Assembly (NCBI GenBank): GCA_963741205.1
Contig: CAVUHW010000015.1
Coordinates: forward strand, 64,001 to 128,000
Origin: Nitrospirota bacterium
Lineage (GTDB): Bacteria; Nitrospirota; UBA9217
Reading direction: 5' to 3'
DNA length: 64,000 nt
Part shown: one piece after another, positions 33,377 to 45,245 of the stretch
Numbering within the stretch: position 1 is the stretch's first letter
Layout: the number at the start of each line of letters is the position of its first letter
The notes under the pieces: generated by a model
The model's database searches: none
What the model was told of the DNA's origin: nothing
What the model saw: only the letters and a program-made list of their open reading frames with translations
Translations under genes and position numbers: made by a program

Positions 33377-35267
33377 ATGTTCGTCGTGGAGCTTGTAATG
33401 CAAGGCGTCCGCGGAATCAGGGAACTGGCCCGCCTGAGATTCCAGAGCGGGTTCAACCTTGTTTCCGCCGGGAATGAATCGGGAAAAACCACGGCAGTCG
33501 ACACGATACAGCGCCTCCTGTTTCCCAACAGCCAGGCGGGGGCCATGCAGCCGCTCGTGTCGAGGCACACACCCGACGCCTCGCGCGGCGCACTGGTAAT
33601 ATGCTCCGATGACGGCACGTACTACCGTGTGATCCAGGATTTCCGCAAACAGGCCGTTAACCTTTCCCGCTATAACGCCTCCTCGAAGGAATTCAATCTG
33701 CTGCACAAGGACTGGGACGGCTCGACGCAATTTATGGCCGGGCTTACGACCGGGGTGGCTGAAGATGATTTCGCGCAGGTTTTCGTGTTCAGGCCCGAGC
33801 ATGCTTTCGGCCGTCCCGCGCCACGCGCCACGGCCGCAAGCCCTGCGTTGGACGACAAACCCCCAAGCTCCGCTGCCGCGGAAACGACGAGTACGACGCA
33901 GCTCGCAGAACTCCGTGATGCCCTTCGCAAGGCGGAAGAGGCCGCTGATGCCGAATACCGTTACCAGTCCGCCAAGCTCGCCCTCGATGAGCTCCAGAAA
34001 AAACTGGCCTCCCTCGACGAAATGGAGCGGAAAAAAGTCGAAATCGAATCGACGCTGGGAGAACTCAAGGGGTGCGAGGCCCTTCCTGAGAACCTGAAAG
34101 AGCTGATCGAGTCGCATGAGCGGCGCGAGGCCCAGAAAATAGCCGATGCCGACAGCCTGAACGAGGAATTGCAGCGGTTGAAGATGCGATTCGACGCAAT
34201 TCCACCGGCCAACTTTCTGACCGACAAGCTGTTCATCGCCGGCGCCGTCCTCGGCCTCCTCTCGATTCTGGCGGGCGTGTTCGTCCTGACCGCGGAATAC
34301 GAACAGTATTTTCCGATCGGCATCATTCTGTCGCTGATCCTGATTGCCGTTGCCTCGTATAACGCGTCGCGCAAGAGCGCGCAGCGCAGGGCGGTCCGGA
34401 AGGGCATAGAAGCGTTGGAACAGGAATTTATCGATTTGGAGCGGAAATTCGTCCATGAGAGCGCTCCGATTGCGGCCTATCTGCGCGCCGTGGGGGCGGG
34501 TTCGACGGCGGAGCTCAGGGAAAAGACCGACAATTACCGGCATTTTTGCTCGCTCCGGCAAGACTTGGAAGAGGGCCGGCAGCGGATCCTCGGTGATTCG
34601 TCGCCCGAGCTTCTGCGGCAGCACTATGAAAGGCAGCAGGAAGAGGTCCGAGAACTGGAGAAGGCGGCCAGAGAGGTTGCCGCCTTCGCCGTGGACACCT
34701 ACAGCATCAGGCAGGACATCGAGCGGCTGGAGGGCGAGTCCGTTCGCCGCTCCGGACCAGGATTTCGGGGCCGAGGTCTTCGATCCGGCGCGCGACGTTG
34801 CGTCGACGGCCGCGGGCCCGCTGGGCGGCGGGTTCCTCGGCGAGCTTCGCGCCGCGAGCCGGATCGGACGGCATCGAAATGGAGACGCTGATTCCCGCCG
34901 TCGAGGCCGCGGCGCAGAGGAATTTGTCCGCAGTCAGCGGCGGCAAGTACGTCCGCATCGAAGTCCGATCATGACGGATCGCCTGTCGTGCGCGCGAAGG
35001 ACGATGCGGTCGTGGGTGTTGCGGAACTCAGCCACGGTACGAAGGCCCTCGTCTACTTCTGCTTCAGAACGGGGCTCGATCGAGGCCCTTGCCGGAAAGC
35101 GGCTGCTGCCGTTCATTCTGGACGACCCGTTCTCCGGTTTCGACCCGGCTCGGCAACAGGCGGCGTGCCAGGTCCTGCGCGCCCTCGGCAAGAAGACCCA
35201 GGTGGTCCTCTTCACCGCGAATCCCGCGCTGAGAATGGCGGGCGAACCCGCCGCGGAGCTCAAGTAA
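33377..35267 (+). CDS. YhaN/SMC-like coiled-coil ATPase with two TM helices (frameshifted)
   Basis: Walker A AGNESGKTT, coiled coils, signature LSHG, LPFILDDPFSGFD, QVVLFT. Confidence 0.75.
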
Positions 35268-35915
35268 ATGCGGGGTGCGTTCATCTCCTTCGAGGGAATC
35301 GAGGGGTCCGGTAAAACCACCCAGATTGCGCTCCTTGCGGATTCTCTCTCCGCGCGCGGCAGGTCCGTTCAGCTCACCCGGGAACCCGGTGGGACGCCCA
35401 TCGGAGACCAGGTAAGAAAGATCCTGCTCGACCCGGCAAATGCCGCGCTCGATCCCAAGGCGGAACTGCTTCTCTATGCGGCCGGCAGGGCGCAGCACCT
35501 TGCGGAACTCATCCGGCCCGCCCTCGAAGCGGGAACGATCGTTCTCTGCGACCGGTTTTCAGACGCCACGCTCGCCTACCAGGGTTATGGACGGGGGCTT
35601 GACCTGGACCTGATCGGGGACCTGGACCGGATCGTGACTGCCGGCATGCGGCCCGACCTGACGATCCTCCTCGACATTGATGCGGCTGCGGGGCTTGCGC
35701 GCGCGCGGGGGAGAAACAGCCGCAACGGACTCGAGGCTGAGGCGCGGTTCGAGAATGAGCTCCTGTCGTTTCACGAGCGCGTGAGGCGGGGATATCTCGA
35801 GCTGGCTCAGCGGGAGCCCGGCCGCATCCGCGTCGTCGATGCGGCGCGGCCGCCGGAGAGCATCCACCTTGAAGTCCGGAAGATCGTGGACGGGATGCTG
35901 AGCACGGGAAATTGA
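35268..35915 (+). CDS. tmk: Thymidylate kinase
   Basis: FEGIEGSGKTTQ, TREPGG, CDRFSDATLAYQG. Confidence 0.96.
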   Translation: MRGAFISFEGIEGSGKTTQIALLADSLSARGRSVQLTREPGGTPIGDQVRKILLDPANAALDPKAELLLYAAGRAQHLAELIRPALEAGTIVLCDRFSDATLAYQGYGRGLDLDLIGDLDRIVTAGMRPDLTILLDIDAAAGLARARGRNSRNGLEAEARFENELLSFHERVRRGYLELAQREPGRIRVVDAARPPESIHLEVRKIVDGMLSTGN

Positions 35916-35946
35916 AGATCATGAATTGGAAATTATAATTTCGTCT

Positions 35947-36027
35947 GTCATACCTGCGAAAGCAGGCATCCATTGGCTTCTTTCAAACAAACTTCAAAAT
36001 GGATTCGCCCGCTTTCGCGGGAATGAC
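35947..36027. repeat. GTCAT...GGCATCC / GGATT...GGGAATGAC double-hairpin element
   Basis: gtcatacctgcgaaagcaggcatcca ... tggattcgcccgctttcgcgggaatgac. Confidence 0.8.
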
Positions 36028-36048
36028 AAAAAAGCGCCAGAGCACAGC

Positions 36049-37029
36049 ATGAATTTCTCAGATATTGTCGGCCACGAACGGCCGGTCACGATACTCAAAC
36101 GGACGCTCGCGAACGGGACGCTTGCCCATGCCTATCTCTTTTCAGGCGAGGAGGGGATCGGCAAGAAGATGACGGCCCTCGCGCTTGCCGCCGCCGTGAA
36201 CTGCGCGCACCAGGGGCCGGACGGCGGCTGCGGTGAGTGTCCGTCCTGCCGCAAGGTCGCTTCGGGCGGGCATCCGGACGTTCATCTCCTTGCCCCGGAC
36301 GGCGAAGAGATCAAGATCGACCAGGTCCGGCAGATGCAGGCGGACCTCTCGCTAAGGCCTTTCGAGGGGACTAAGAAGACCCTGATCGTCGACTTTGCCG
36401 AACGCATGAACGCCGCGTCTTCGAACGCCTTTTTGAAGACGCTCGAAGAGCCGCCGGGAGACACGCTCATCATCCTGGTCACCGCGATGCCGCAGAGCTT
36501 GCTGCCGACCATCCGTTCGCGATGCCAGGAGATGCGGTTCCAGCCGCTTCCCCGCCATACGCTGGCGCGGGCGCTCGCGAGGAAACGCGGAATTTCGGAA
36601 GAGGACGCATGGTTTCTCGCGGCGCTTGCGCAGGGGAGCATGGGACGGGGACTCGAGATGGACGCGGAGCAGGAGAAGGCCGAGCGGGACCGGCTCATGG
36701 ACCTCTGGGACGGGCTTTCCCGCCTGAGTGTCGGCGAGGCGCTTGCGCTGGCGGAAGGCTACGCGAAAGACCGTGAACGGTTGGACCGCCTGATCGAGAT
36801 CGGTGTCGAGTGTCTCCGCGACGCGCTGGTCTACCGGGAGACGGGCGACGACCGGCTGCTCGTGCAGAGCGGCGCCGGAGAACGGTACCGAATCTGGGGT
36901 GAGCGGTTCGCCGTCCCCGGAATGCTTGCGGACCTTGAGCTGCTCACCCGGAGCAGGGGCCTGCTCGACCGCCGCGTGAGCGCGCAGCTCGTGGCCGAGA
37001 ACCTGTTGTTTCAACTGGGGAGAGGATGA
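36049..37029 (+). CDS. holB: DNA polymerase III delta' subunit
   Basis: HAYLFSGEEGIGK, CGECPSC, NAFLKTLEEPP, TIRSRC. Confidence 0.93.
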   Translation: MNFSDIVGHERPVTILKRTLANGTLAHAYLFSGEEGIGKKMTALALAAAVNCAHQGPDGGCGECPSCRKVASGGHPDVHLLAPDGEEIKIDQVRQMQADLSLRPFEGTKKTLIVDFAERMNAASSNAFLKTLEEPPGDTLIILVTAMPQSLLPTIRSRCQEMRFQPLPRHTLARALARKRGISEEDAWFLAALAQGSMGRGLEMDAEQEKAERDRLMDLWDGLSRLSVGEALALAEGYAKDRERLDRLIEIGVECLRDALVYRETGDDRLLVQSGAGERYRIWGERFAVPGMLADLELLTRSRGLLDRRVSAQLVAENLLFQLGRG

Positions 37030-37030
37030 T

Positions 37031-37094
37031 TCGATTGCGGATTGCGGATTGCGGAATGAAAAATTCCAAATCCGCAATCCGCAATCCGAAATTG
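37031..37094. repeat. Heptamer inverted-repeat element
   Basis: (gattgcg)x3 on the left; aatccgcaatccgcaatccgaaatt on the right. Confidence 0.85.
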
Positions 37095-37102
37095 ATACAG
37101 AC

Positions 37103-38357
37103 ATGACTGACAAAATGATCAAAATAGCCGGGGTGCGGTTCCGGGAGAATTGGAAGGTCTATGATTTCGACGCCACCGACGTGGAGGTGGCCATCGGCGA
37201 CCGGGTAATCGTGGACACCGAGCGGGGGCAGGGATTCGCCTCGGTAGTGCGAGTGAAAAAGCTGCAGGAACCGCCTCCGCTTCCCGCGCCCGCTCCGGTC
37301 AGAATGGAGCAGGGCCTGCAGGTGGAAGAAGAGGCGGAGAATGGCGCGCCGAAGGCCGCAGGCGCCGACAAGCAGGAGCCCAAGACGCTCAGAAAGGTCC
37401 TGCGCAAAGCGACGGAGGAGGACCTCCTCCGGGAAGAAAAGAACAGGGAGCGCGAGGCCGAGGCTTTCAAGACCGCGCAGGACATGATCACCGAGCGGGA
37501 ACTGCCGATGAAGCTGATCCGCGTGGAATATTCCTTTGACGCTTCGCGGGCCACTTTTTTCTTTTTTTCCGAGACGCGGATCGATTTCCGCGAACTTGTG
37601 AAGGACCTGGCCTACAAGCTCAGGAGCAGGATCGAGATGCGCCAGATCGGCGTTCGCGACGTGGCGCGGATGATCGGAGGGTTCGGCCCCTGCGGCAGGG
37701 AACTCTGCTGCTGCGTCATTCCTGAAAAACTTCGAGCCCGTCTCGATCCGCATGGCCAAGAAGCAGGACATGGTGCTCAACCCTGCGAAGATTTCCGGGG
37801 TCTGCGGCCGCCTGCTTTGCTGCCTCTCCTACGAATACGAGATGTACGATGAGATCAAGAAAGACCTTGCCGGCATGCGCGAGGCCGCCGTCAAGGAAAA
37901 GAAGGAAGTGGAAGAACGCCGTATGGCAGAGGAGCAGAAAGAAGCGGAAGAACGCCGCCTCGACGAAGAGAAGAGGCGACAGGAAGACCGCAAACAGCAG
38001 GAGCAGCGGCGGGAGAAGCAGAAGGGATCAGGACAGCGCGGCGGCAAGCCGGAGAGAAAGAAGGAAGTCCAGCAGGAAAAGAAAGGCCAGCCACCCGCCG
38101 AACGTCAGCGGCCGCGACATCGACAGCAGCCGCAGCAGCAGGAGAAGCCTCAACCCCAGGAGAACCCCCAACCCCAGGAGAAGCCCCAGCCTCAGGAACA
38201 GGCGACTCAGCAGCAGCCGCACGAGGGCGAGAAGACGGGTAAGAAGAGAAAGCGGCATTTCTGGCGCAGGAAGAAGAAAGGCCAGCAGCAGGGCGGCAAG
38301 GCGCAGAGGACCGGCCGCAGGGACCGGAAAGGGAAGTCGAGATTGATGATGCCCTAA
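37103..38357 (+). CDS. PSP1-domain RicT/YaaT-family protein with long charged tail (frameshifted)
   Basis: IDFRELVKDL, RIEMRQIGVRD, GPCGRELCC, LNPAKISGVCGRLLCCL. Confidence 0.88.
38139..38198 (+). repeat. 18-bp coding tandem repeat (QEKPQP)
   Basis: caggagaagcctcaaccc caggagaacccccaaccc caggagaagccccagcct. Confidence 0.8.
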
Positions 38358-38418
38358 ATGTCCTGACCAGATCGATGAATAGGCATGAAGAGCAAACACC
38401 TCCGGATCGCCTATATGA

Positions 38419-40051
<1,633 letters not shown>

Positions 40052-40104
40052 AACGTTCGGGGACAGGCTTATGGACAGATAAAGGAAATACAAAGGAGAA
40101 GAAG

Positions 40105-40497
40105 GTGGAACAGACGCCAGCATCTCAGAATCCGGCAGGTCAACAAACCATACCGTCCGCCGGAGCCGTCTTTGAACCGATCGGGATCGAAGACTTCATG
40201 AAGGTTGACCTCAGGGTGGGCAAGATTGTGTCCGCCGAGCGGGTCGCAAAGTCCGAGAAGCTCGTGAAGATCCAGGTGGACATCGGCACGGAGACGCGCC
40301 AGGTCGTTGCCGGAATCGGGAAGAGCTACACGCCGGAAGAGCTCACGGGCAAATCGATCGTCATCGTCGCGAACCTGAAGCCGGCCAAGCTGATGGGCGT
40401 CGAATCCCAGGGGATGCTCCTGGCCGCGTCGAGCGGAGAGCTTTTGGCCGTGGCCACGTTCGACCGGGAGACGAAGCCGGGAGCGAGAGTAAAGTGA
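40105..40497 (+). CDS. MetRS C-terminal/beta tRNA-binding OB domain (separate ORF or frameshifted continuation of metG)
   Basis: DFMKVDLRVG, RQVVAGI, NLKPAKLMGVESQGMLL; GTG with aaggag RBS. Confidence 0.88.
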   Translation: MEQTPASQNPAGQQTIPSAGAVFEPIGIEDFMKVDLRVGKIVSAERVAKSEKLVKIQVDIGTETRQVVAGIGKSYTPEELTGKSIVIVANLKPAKLMGVESQGMLLAASSGELLAVATFDRETKPGARVK

Positions 40498-40504
40498 GGC
40501 AAGG

Positions 40505-40632
40505 AAGAAGTAAGAGTTAAGAATTAAGAGTGAAGAACAATGAGGAAGGGGAAGTGGAGAACAATGGGTAGGAGACAGGGAAAGAGTTTTTTTGTTCCCA
40601 ACTTCTTACTTCATACTTCTTACTTCTCACTT
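40505..40632. repeat. Heptamer inverted-repeat element (gtaagaa / ttcttac)
   Basis: gaagtaagagttaagaattaagagtgaag on the left; acttcttacttcatacttcttacttctcactt on the right. Confidence 0.75.
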
Positions 40633-40640
40633 GGTTTTTT

Positions 40641-42011
40641 ATGCTGATCGACACCCATGCGCATCTGGAGATGCGCGAGTTCAACGACGACCGCGAGGAC
40701 GTGATCAAACGGGCACGGGAAGCGGGCGTCGAATATATCGTCACCATCGGGACCACGGTCGAATCGAGCCGCGACGCGGTGCTGCTCGCGGACAAGTACG
40801 ACTTCATCTACGCGGCCATCGGCATCCATCCTCATGAAGTGAAGGACATCCTCCATCCCGCCTACGATATCCTCAGGCATTTCGCGCAGCACAAGAAGGT
40901 CGTGGCCTACGGAGAGATCGGGCTCGACTATTTCTACGAACATTCTCCGCGGACCGACCAGAAGAGGAAGTTCCGCGACATGCTCAGGGAGGCGCGGGAG
41001 CTCGACCTGCCGGTCATCATCCACGACCGCGACGCCCACGACGACACGCTCCAGATCATCTCCGAGGAATGGTCCCCGGACCTGGGCGGGGTCATGCACT
41101 GCTTCTCCGGAGACGCCGCGATGGCAAGAAAGCTCGTCGAGCTGGGCTTCTCCCTCGGGGTCGCGGGACCGGTTACGTTTCCGAAAGCCGAGGCCCTGCG
41201 CGAGGTCATCCGCCAGGTCCCGATTGAGCATCTCCTGGTCGAAACGGATGCGCCGTACCTCGCGCCCCAGCCCATGCGCGGAAAACGGAACGAACCGGCC
41301 TTTGTCCGCCATACGACAGAGATGATCGCGAAGATCAAGGGCCTTACCTTCGATGATGTCTCCCGGATCACGAGCTTTAACGCAATGCAGCTCTTCGGCA
41401 TCGGCCAGATCCCGGACCGCGGACAGATAACCTATCCGATAAGAAATTCCCTCTACCTCAACATCACGAATCGCTGCACCGCCGCCTGCACCTTCTGCGT
41501 CCGCTATACTACCGATTTCGTGAAAGGCCACAACCTGAGGCTTGCCGGGGAGCCCACTGCCGAGGCCGTCATCAACGAGATCGGCGACCCCAAGCGGTAC
41601 GCCGAGATCGTGTTCTGCGGGTACGGCGAACCGCTCCTTCGGCTTGACGTGGTCAAGGCCGTTTCCGCTGAAGTGAAGCGGCAAGGCGGCAAGGTGCGCA
41701 TCGACACGAACGGTCATGCGAACCTCATCCACAAACGGAACGTCCTGCCGGAGCTTGCCGGGCTCGTGGACGCCGTATCCGTGAGTCTCAATGCCCAGAA
41801 CTCGGAAATCTACGAGAAACTGACCCAGCCGAAGTTCGGATCAATAACCTATGAAACGGTCAAGGAATTCATCCGCGAGGCGAAGAAGTACATCCCCGAG
41901 GTGACCGCCACGGTCGTGTCCGCTCCGGGCGTGGACATCGAGGCATGCCGCAAAATCGCCGAGGAGCTCGGCGCGAAATTCCGGGTGCGGGAGTACAACG
42001 TAGTCGGGTAA
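40641..42011 (+). CDS. tatD: TatD-family nuclease fused to a radical SAM domain
   Basis: DTHAH, GEIGLDY, HDR, HCF, ETDAPYL, then YLNITNRCTAACTFC (CxxxCxxC) and GYGEP. Confidence 0.92.
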   Translation: MLIDTHAHLEMREFNDDREDVIKRAREAGVEYIVTIGTTVESSRDAVLLADKYDFIYAAIGIHPHEVKDILHPAYDILRHFAQHKKVVAYGEIGLDYFYEHSPRTDQKRKFRDMLREARELDLPVIIHDRDAHDDTLQIISEEWSPDLGGVMHCFSGDAAMARKLVELGFSLGVAGPVTFPKAEALREVIRQVPIEHLLVETDAPYLAPQPMRGKRNEPAFVRHTTEMIAKIKGLTFDDVSRITSFNAMQLFGIGQIPDRGQITYPIRNSLYLNITNRCTAACTFCVRYTTDFVKGHNLRLAGEPTAEAVINEIGDPKRYAEIVFCGYGEPLLRLDVVKAVSAEVKRQGGKVRIDTNGHANLIHKRNVLPELAGLVDAVSVSLNAQNSEIYEKLTQPKFGSITYETVKEFIREAKKYIPEVTATVVSAPGVDIEACRKIAEELGAKFRVREYNVVG

Positions 42012-42059
42012 AGAGGTAGATTCTTTTTTTTTTGTCTCCGTTTCCGCTCTCTATTCAAA

Positions 42060-42088
42060 TTGACTTTCCCCCCTGTTTCGGTTAATAT
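42060..42088 (+). promoter_or_regulatory. Sigma70 promoter for purH
   Basis: TTGACT-17-TAATAT. Confidence 0.5.
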
Positions 42089-42133
42089 TCCCCTTGTCTT
42101 TACAGCAGAATCTCTCACCAGGAGGTCCCTTCC

Positions 42134-43693
42134 GTGGCCAAGGTTCAGCGCGCGCTCATCAGTGTATCGAACAAGGACGGCATTCTCGATTTTGCCAGGG
42201 AGATCTCGAAGCTCGGCATCGAGATCCTTTCGACGGGAGGAACGGCGAAGATGCTCCGCGACGCCGGCGTTAAGGTCAAGGACGTGTCGGAATTCACGGG
42301 TTTTCCGGAGATGCTCGACGGCAGGGTCAAGACCCTGCATCCCAAGGTCCACGGCGGGCTCCTCGGCAGGCGCAGCAACCCCGAGCACGTAAGACAGATG
42401 AAGCAGCACGGGATCGAGCCCATCGACCTCGTGGTGGTGAACCTCTATCCCTTCGAGCAGACCGTGGCAAAGCCGGGCTGCACCTTCGAGGACGCCATCG
42501 AGAACATCGACATCGGCGGGCCGACAATGCTTCGGTCCGCGGCAAAGAACCACACCGACGTGGCCGTGGTGGTCTCCCCCCGCGATTACGCGAGGGTGCT
42601 CGAGGAACTCCGGAAGACCGGCGAGGTTTCGGCAAAGACCCGCTTCGAGCTCTGCCGCACCGTGTTCCTGCACACCGCCCGCTACGACAGCGCAATCTCC
42701 GCGTGGCTCGACAGCCAGGTCCCGGCCGAGGAGAAGACGCGCTTCCCCAACATCCTGACGCTCCAGTTCGAGAAGGCGCAGAACCTCCGGTACGGCGAGA
42801 ACCCGCACCAGGAGGGCGCATTCTACCGGGAGTTCGGGCGGAAGGAGCCGTCCGTCGCTCATGCAAAACAGCTCCAGGGCAAGGAGATGTCGTTCAATAA
42901 TTTTCTGGACGCGAACAGCGCCCTCGAACTTGCGAAAGAGTTCGACGAGACTGTGGCCGTAATCGTGAAGCACAACAACCCCTGCGGCGTGGCCGTGGGG
43001 GCGACCCTTGCCGAGGCATACCGCAAGGCGCGCGACTGCGACCCCGTCTCTGCCTTCGGCGGCGTGATCGCCTTCAACCGGATGGTGGACATCGAGACCG
43101 CGAAGGAGCTGACGGCGACCTTCGTGGAAGTGGTCGTGGCGCCGGAGTTCGCACCCGACGCGCTCGATGAACTGAAGAAGAAAAAAGACGTGCGGCTTTT
43201 GGACATCGGGCCGTCCCTCAAGGGCGCGCCCGAGGGCATGGACATGAAAAAAGTCGTCGGGGGCCTCATCTATCAGGACCGCGATCTCGGCAGGCTCTCC
43301 GATGTCCGCGCCCTGCGCGTGGCCACGAAGCGGAAACCCACGGACGAAGAGTACGAGGGGCTTGCCTTCGCCTGGAAGGTGTGCAAGCACGTCAAGTCCA
43401 ATGCCATCGTGTTCGCCGCGAAGGACCGGACTGTCGGCATCGGGGCGGGCCAGATGAGCCGTCTCGACTCGGTCAAGATCGCAAAGATCAAGGCCCAGTC
43501 TCCGCTCACGGGGACCGTGCTCGCGTCGGACGCCTTCTTTCCCTTCCGGGACGGACTCGAAGAGGCGGCCAAGGCGGGAGTAACGGCAGTGATCCAGCCC
43601 GGCGGGTCGCTCAAGGACGACGAGGTGATCCAGGCCGCGGATGAACACGGAGTCGCGATGGTCATGACGAGCATGAGGCATTTCAGGCATTAG
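42134..43693 (+). CDS. purH: Bifunctional AICAR transformylase/IMP cyclohydrolase
   Basis: [38 protein letters not shown]. Confidence 0.97.
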   Translation: MAKVQRALISVSNKDGILDFAREISKLGIEILSTGGTAKMLRDAGVKVKDVSEFTGFPEMLDGRVKTLHPKVHGGLLGRRSNPEHVRQMKQHGIEPIDLVVVNLYPFEQTVAKPGCTFEDAIENIDIGGPTMLRSAAKNHTDVAVVVSPRDYARVLEELRKTGEVSAKTRFELCRTVFLHTARYDSAISAWLDSQVPAEEKTRFPNILTLQFEKAQNLRYGENPHQEGAFYREFGRKEPSVAHAKQLQGKEMSFNNFLDANSALELAKEFDETVAVIVKHNNPCGVAVGATLAEAYRKARDCDPVSAFGGVIAFNRMVDIETAKELTATFVEVVVAPEFAPDALDELKKKKDVRLLDIGPSLKGAPEGMDMKKVVGGLIYQDRDLGRLSDVRALRVATKRKPTDEEYEGLAFAWKVCKHVKSNAIVFAAKDRTVGIGAGQMSRLDSVKIAKIKAQSPLTGTVLASDAFFPFRDGLEEAAKAGVTAVIQPGGSLKDDEVIQAADEHGVAMVMTSMRHFRH

Positions 43694-43696
43694 TTC

Positions 43697-44272
43697 ATGA
43701 TGATGCAAAAACTACTTGCAGTAGCGGTCCTTTTACTTGCGCTGCCCACGGGGTGCGGCAGGTCCCAGGACAAAAAGCACTCACCCGCTTCCCACTCTCG
43801 GGAGCAGGCAGCGAGGCCCGAGGAAGCCAAGACCCCCTATTACTTCGGCTTGATCGAAGAATACCGGACGGTTCTCGCCGAAGACCCGTATAATCTGGCA
43901 GCCCTGATCGGGATCGGGAACGCCTATTACGACAGCGGAGAGTGGAGGCAGGCGATCACGATGTACGAACAGGCTCTCGCGATCGACCCGCGGAACGCCG
44001 ATGTGCGGACCGACATGGGGACCGCCTACCGGAACCTGGGAATGCCGGAACGCGCGCTCGCCGAGTACCGCATAGCCTTGCAGCTCGAACCCGGCCATTT
44101 GAACGCCCGCTATAATTTGGGGATTGTGTATGCCGGCGACAAGAAGAATTATGCCGCCGCGATTCAAGCCTGGGAAGAGATCCTGAGAATCGCGCCGAAC
44201 TATCCGAACGCCGATCAAATCAGGTCCATGATTGCCGCCTTGAAAGCGGGAAAGAAGAAGGCTGCCCGATGA
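43697..44272 (+). CDS. TPR-repeat lipoprotein
   Basis: Lipobox-like LPTGC; TPR helices. Confidence 0.8.
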   Translation: MMMQKLLAVAVLLLALPTGCGRSQDKKHSPASHSREQAARPEEAKTPYYFGLIEEYRTVLAEDPYNLAALIGIGNAYYDSGEWRQAITMYEQALAIDPRNADVRTDMGTAYRNLGMPERALAEYRIALQLEPGHLNARYNLGIVYAGDKKNYAAAIQAWEEILRIAPNYPNADQIRSMIAALKAGKKKAAR

Positions 44273-44529
44273 TACGCGCCCTTCTGTTTGTTGCCTTCCT
44301 GTCCCTGCTCTATTACGCCCTCAAGACAGTGCTCCGCGCCGCGGTCCGGGGATACCAGGGTGAGGACAACAGGCGCACTCGTCTCATGGGCGAGGATATG
44401 GTGCTCGATCCCGAATGCCGCACCTACGTCTTGAAGGAGCGTGCGATCACCCGGCGCATTGGCGGGGAAAACCACTCTTTCTGCAGCGAGGCATGCGCAA
44501 AGCAGTACGAAGAAAAGAAGCGGACCTGA
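44269..44529 (+). CDS. YHS/TRASH-domain membrane protein
   Basis: MVLDPECRTYV...FCSEAC. Confidence 0.8.
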   Translation: MIRALLFVAFLSLLYYALKTVLRAAVRGYQGEDNRRTRLMGEDMVLDPECRTYVLKERAITRRIGGENHSFCSEACAKQYEEKKRT

Positions 44530-44544
44530 ACGAGTAAACAGCGC

Positions 44545-45174
44545 ATGGCAAGGAACCCCCGAAATAGTCTGCCCCTTCTCCGGCTGTTCGCTTTTATCCT
44601 GCTTTCCGGCTGCCTGTCTCAAGCGCCAAATCCTCCTGCCCCGGCCCCCGGCGTCTCTTCCGGCATGCCTTCAGACGCCGGCAGGTACCGGATCGTCATC
44701 AGAAAATCGAACCATTCCCTCACGCTCCTAAGGGACGACCGGGCGGTCAAGACCTGCCCGGCGGTGTTCGGGAGAGGCTACCGCGATGGCGATAAACGAA
44801 GCCTGGGTGACAAGCGCACGCCGGAAGGAGAATTCTATATCTGCACCATGAACGACAGCAAGCGGTTTTACAAGTTCCTCGGCCTGAGCTACCCCAGTCT
44901 GAAGCATGCCGAGTACGGCCGCCGTACCGGAATGATCACCGACGCGGAGTATGTCGCGATCAAAAATGCGCTGGTGGAACGGCGGCAGCCGCCTTGGGAC
45001 ACGAGTCTCGGCGGGGCCGTCGGCATCCATGGGAGGACGGCCGCTTCGGCGGGCGGCATGCCGTCTCCCGATGAAATGAACTGGACGTACGGCTGCATCG
45101 CACTGGACAACGCCGACTTGGATGAAGTCTATAGCGTCGTTTCCCTCGGTACGGCAGTAACGATACTGCCGTGA
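44545..45174 (+). CDS. L,D-transpeptidase (YkuD) lipoprotein
   Basis: LSGC lipobox, GDKRTPEG, GIHG, WTYGCIAL. Confidence 0.88.
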   Translation: MARNPRNSLPLLRLFAFILLSGCLSQAPNPPAPAPGVSSGMPSDAGRYRIVIRKSNHSLTLLRDDRAVKTCPAVFGRGYRDGDKRSLGDKRTPEGEFYICTMNDSKRFYKFLGLSYPSLKHAEYGRRTGMITDAEYVAIKNALVERRQPPWDTSLGGAVGIHGRTAASAGGMPSPDEMNWTYGCIALDNADLDEVYSVVSLGTAVTILP

Positions 45175-45245
45175 GACATCCGGTTCTGAGTCATGAGTTC
45201 AGAGTTTCTTGTTCTCCATGAGCGGGAAACTAATTTGGATACGAC

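Noticed and set aside
42012-42133. ZTP riboswitch upstream of purH
   Set aside because: Leader is too short and lacks the GACTGGCG/CGCCTGGGC motifs
41849-43708. Long antisense ORFs (e.g. 619 aa opposite purH, 423 aa opposite the GlcF-like gene)
   Set aside because: Shadow ORFs expected from high-GC codon bias; no recognisable motifs
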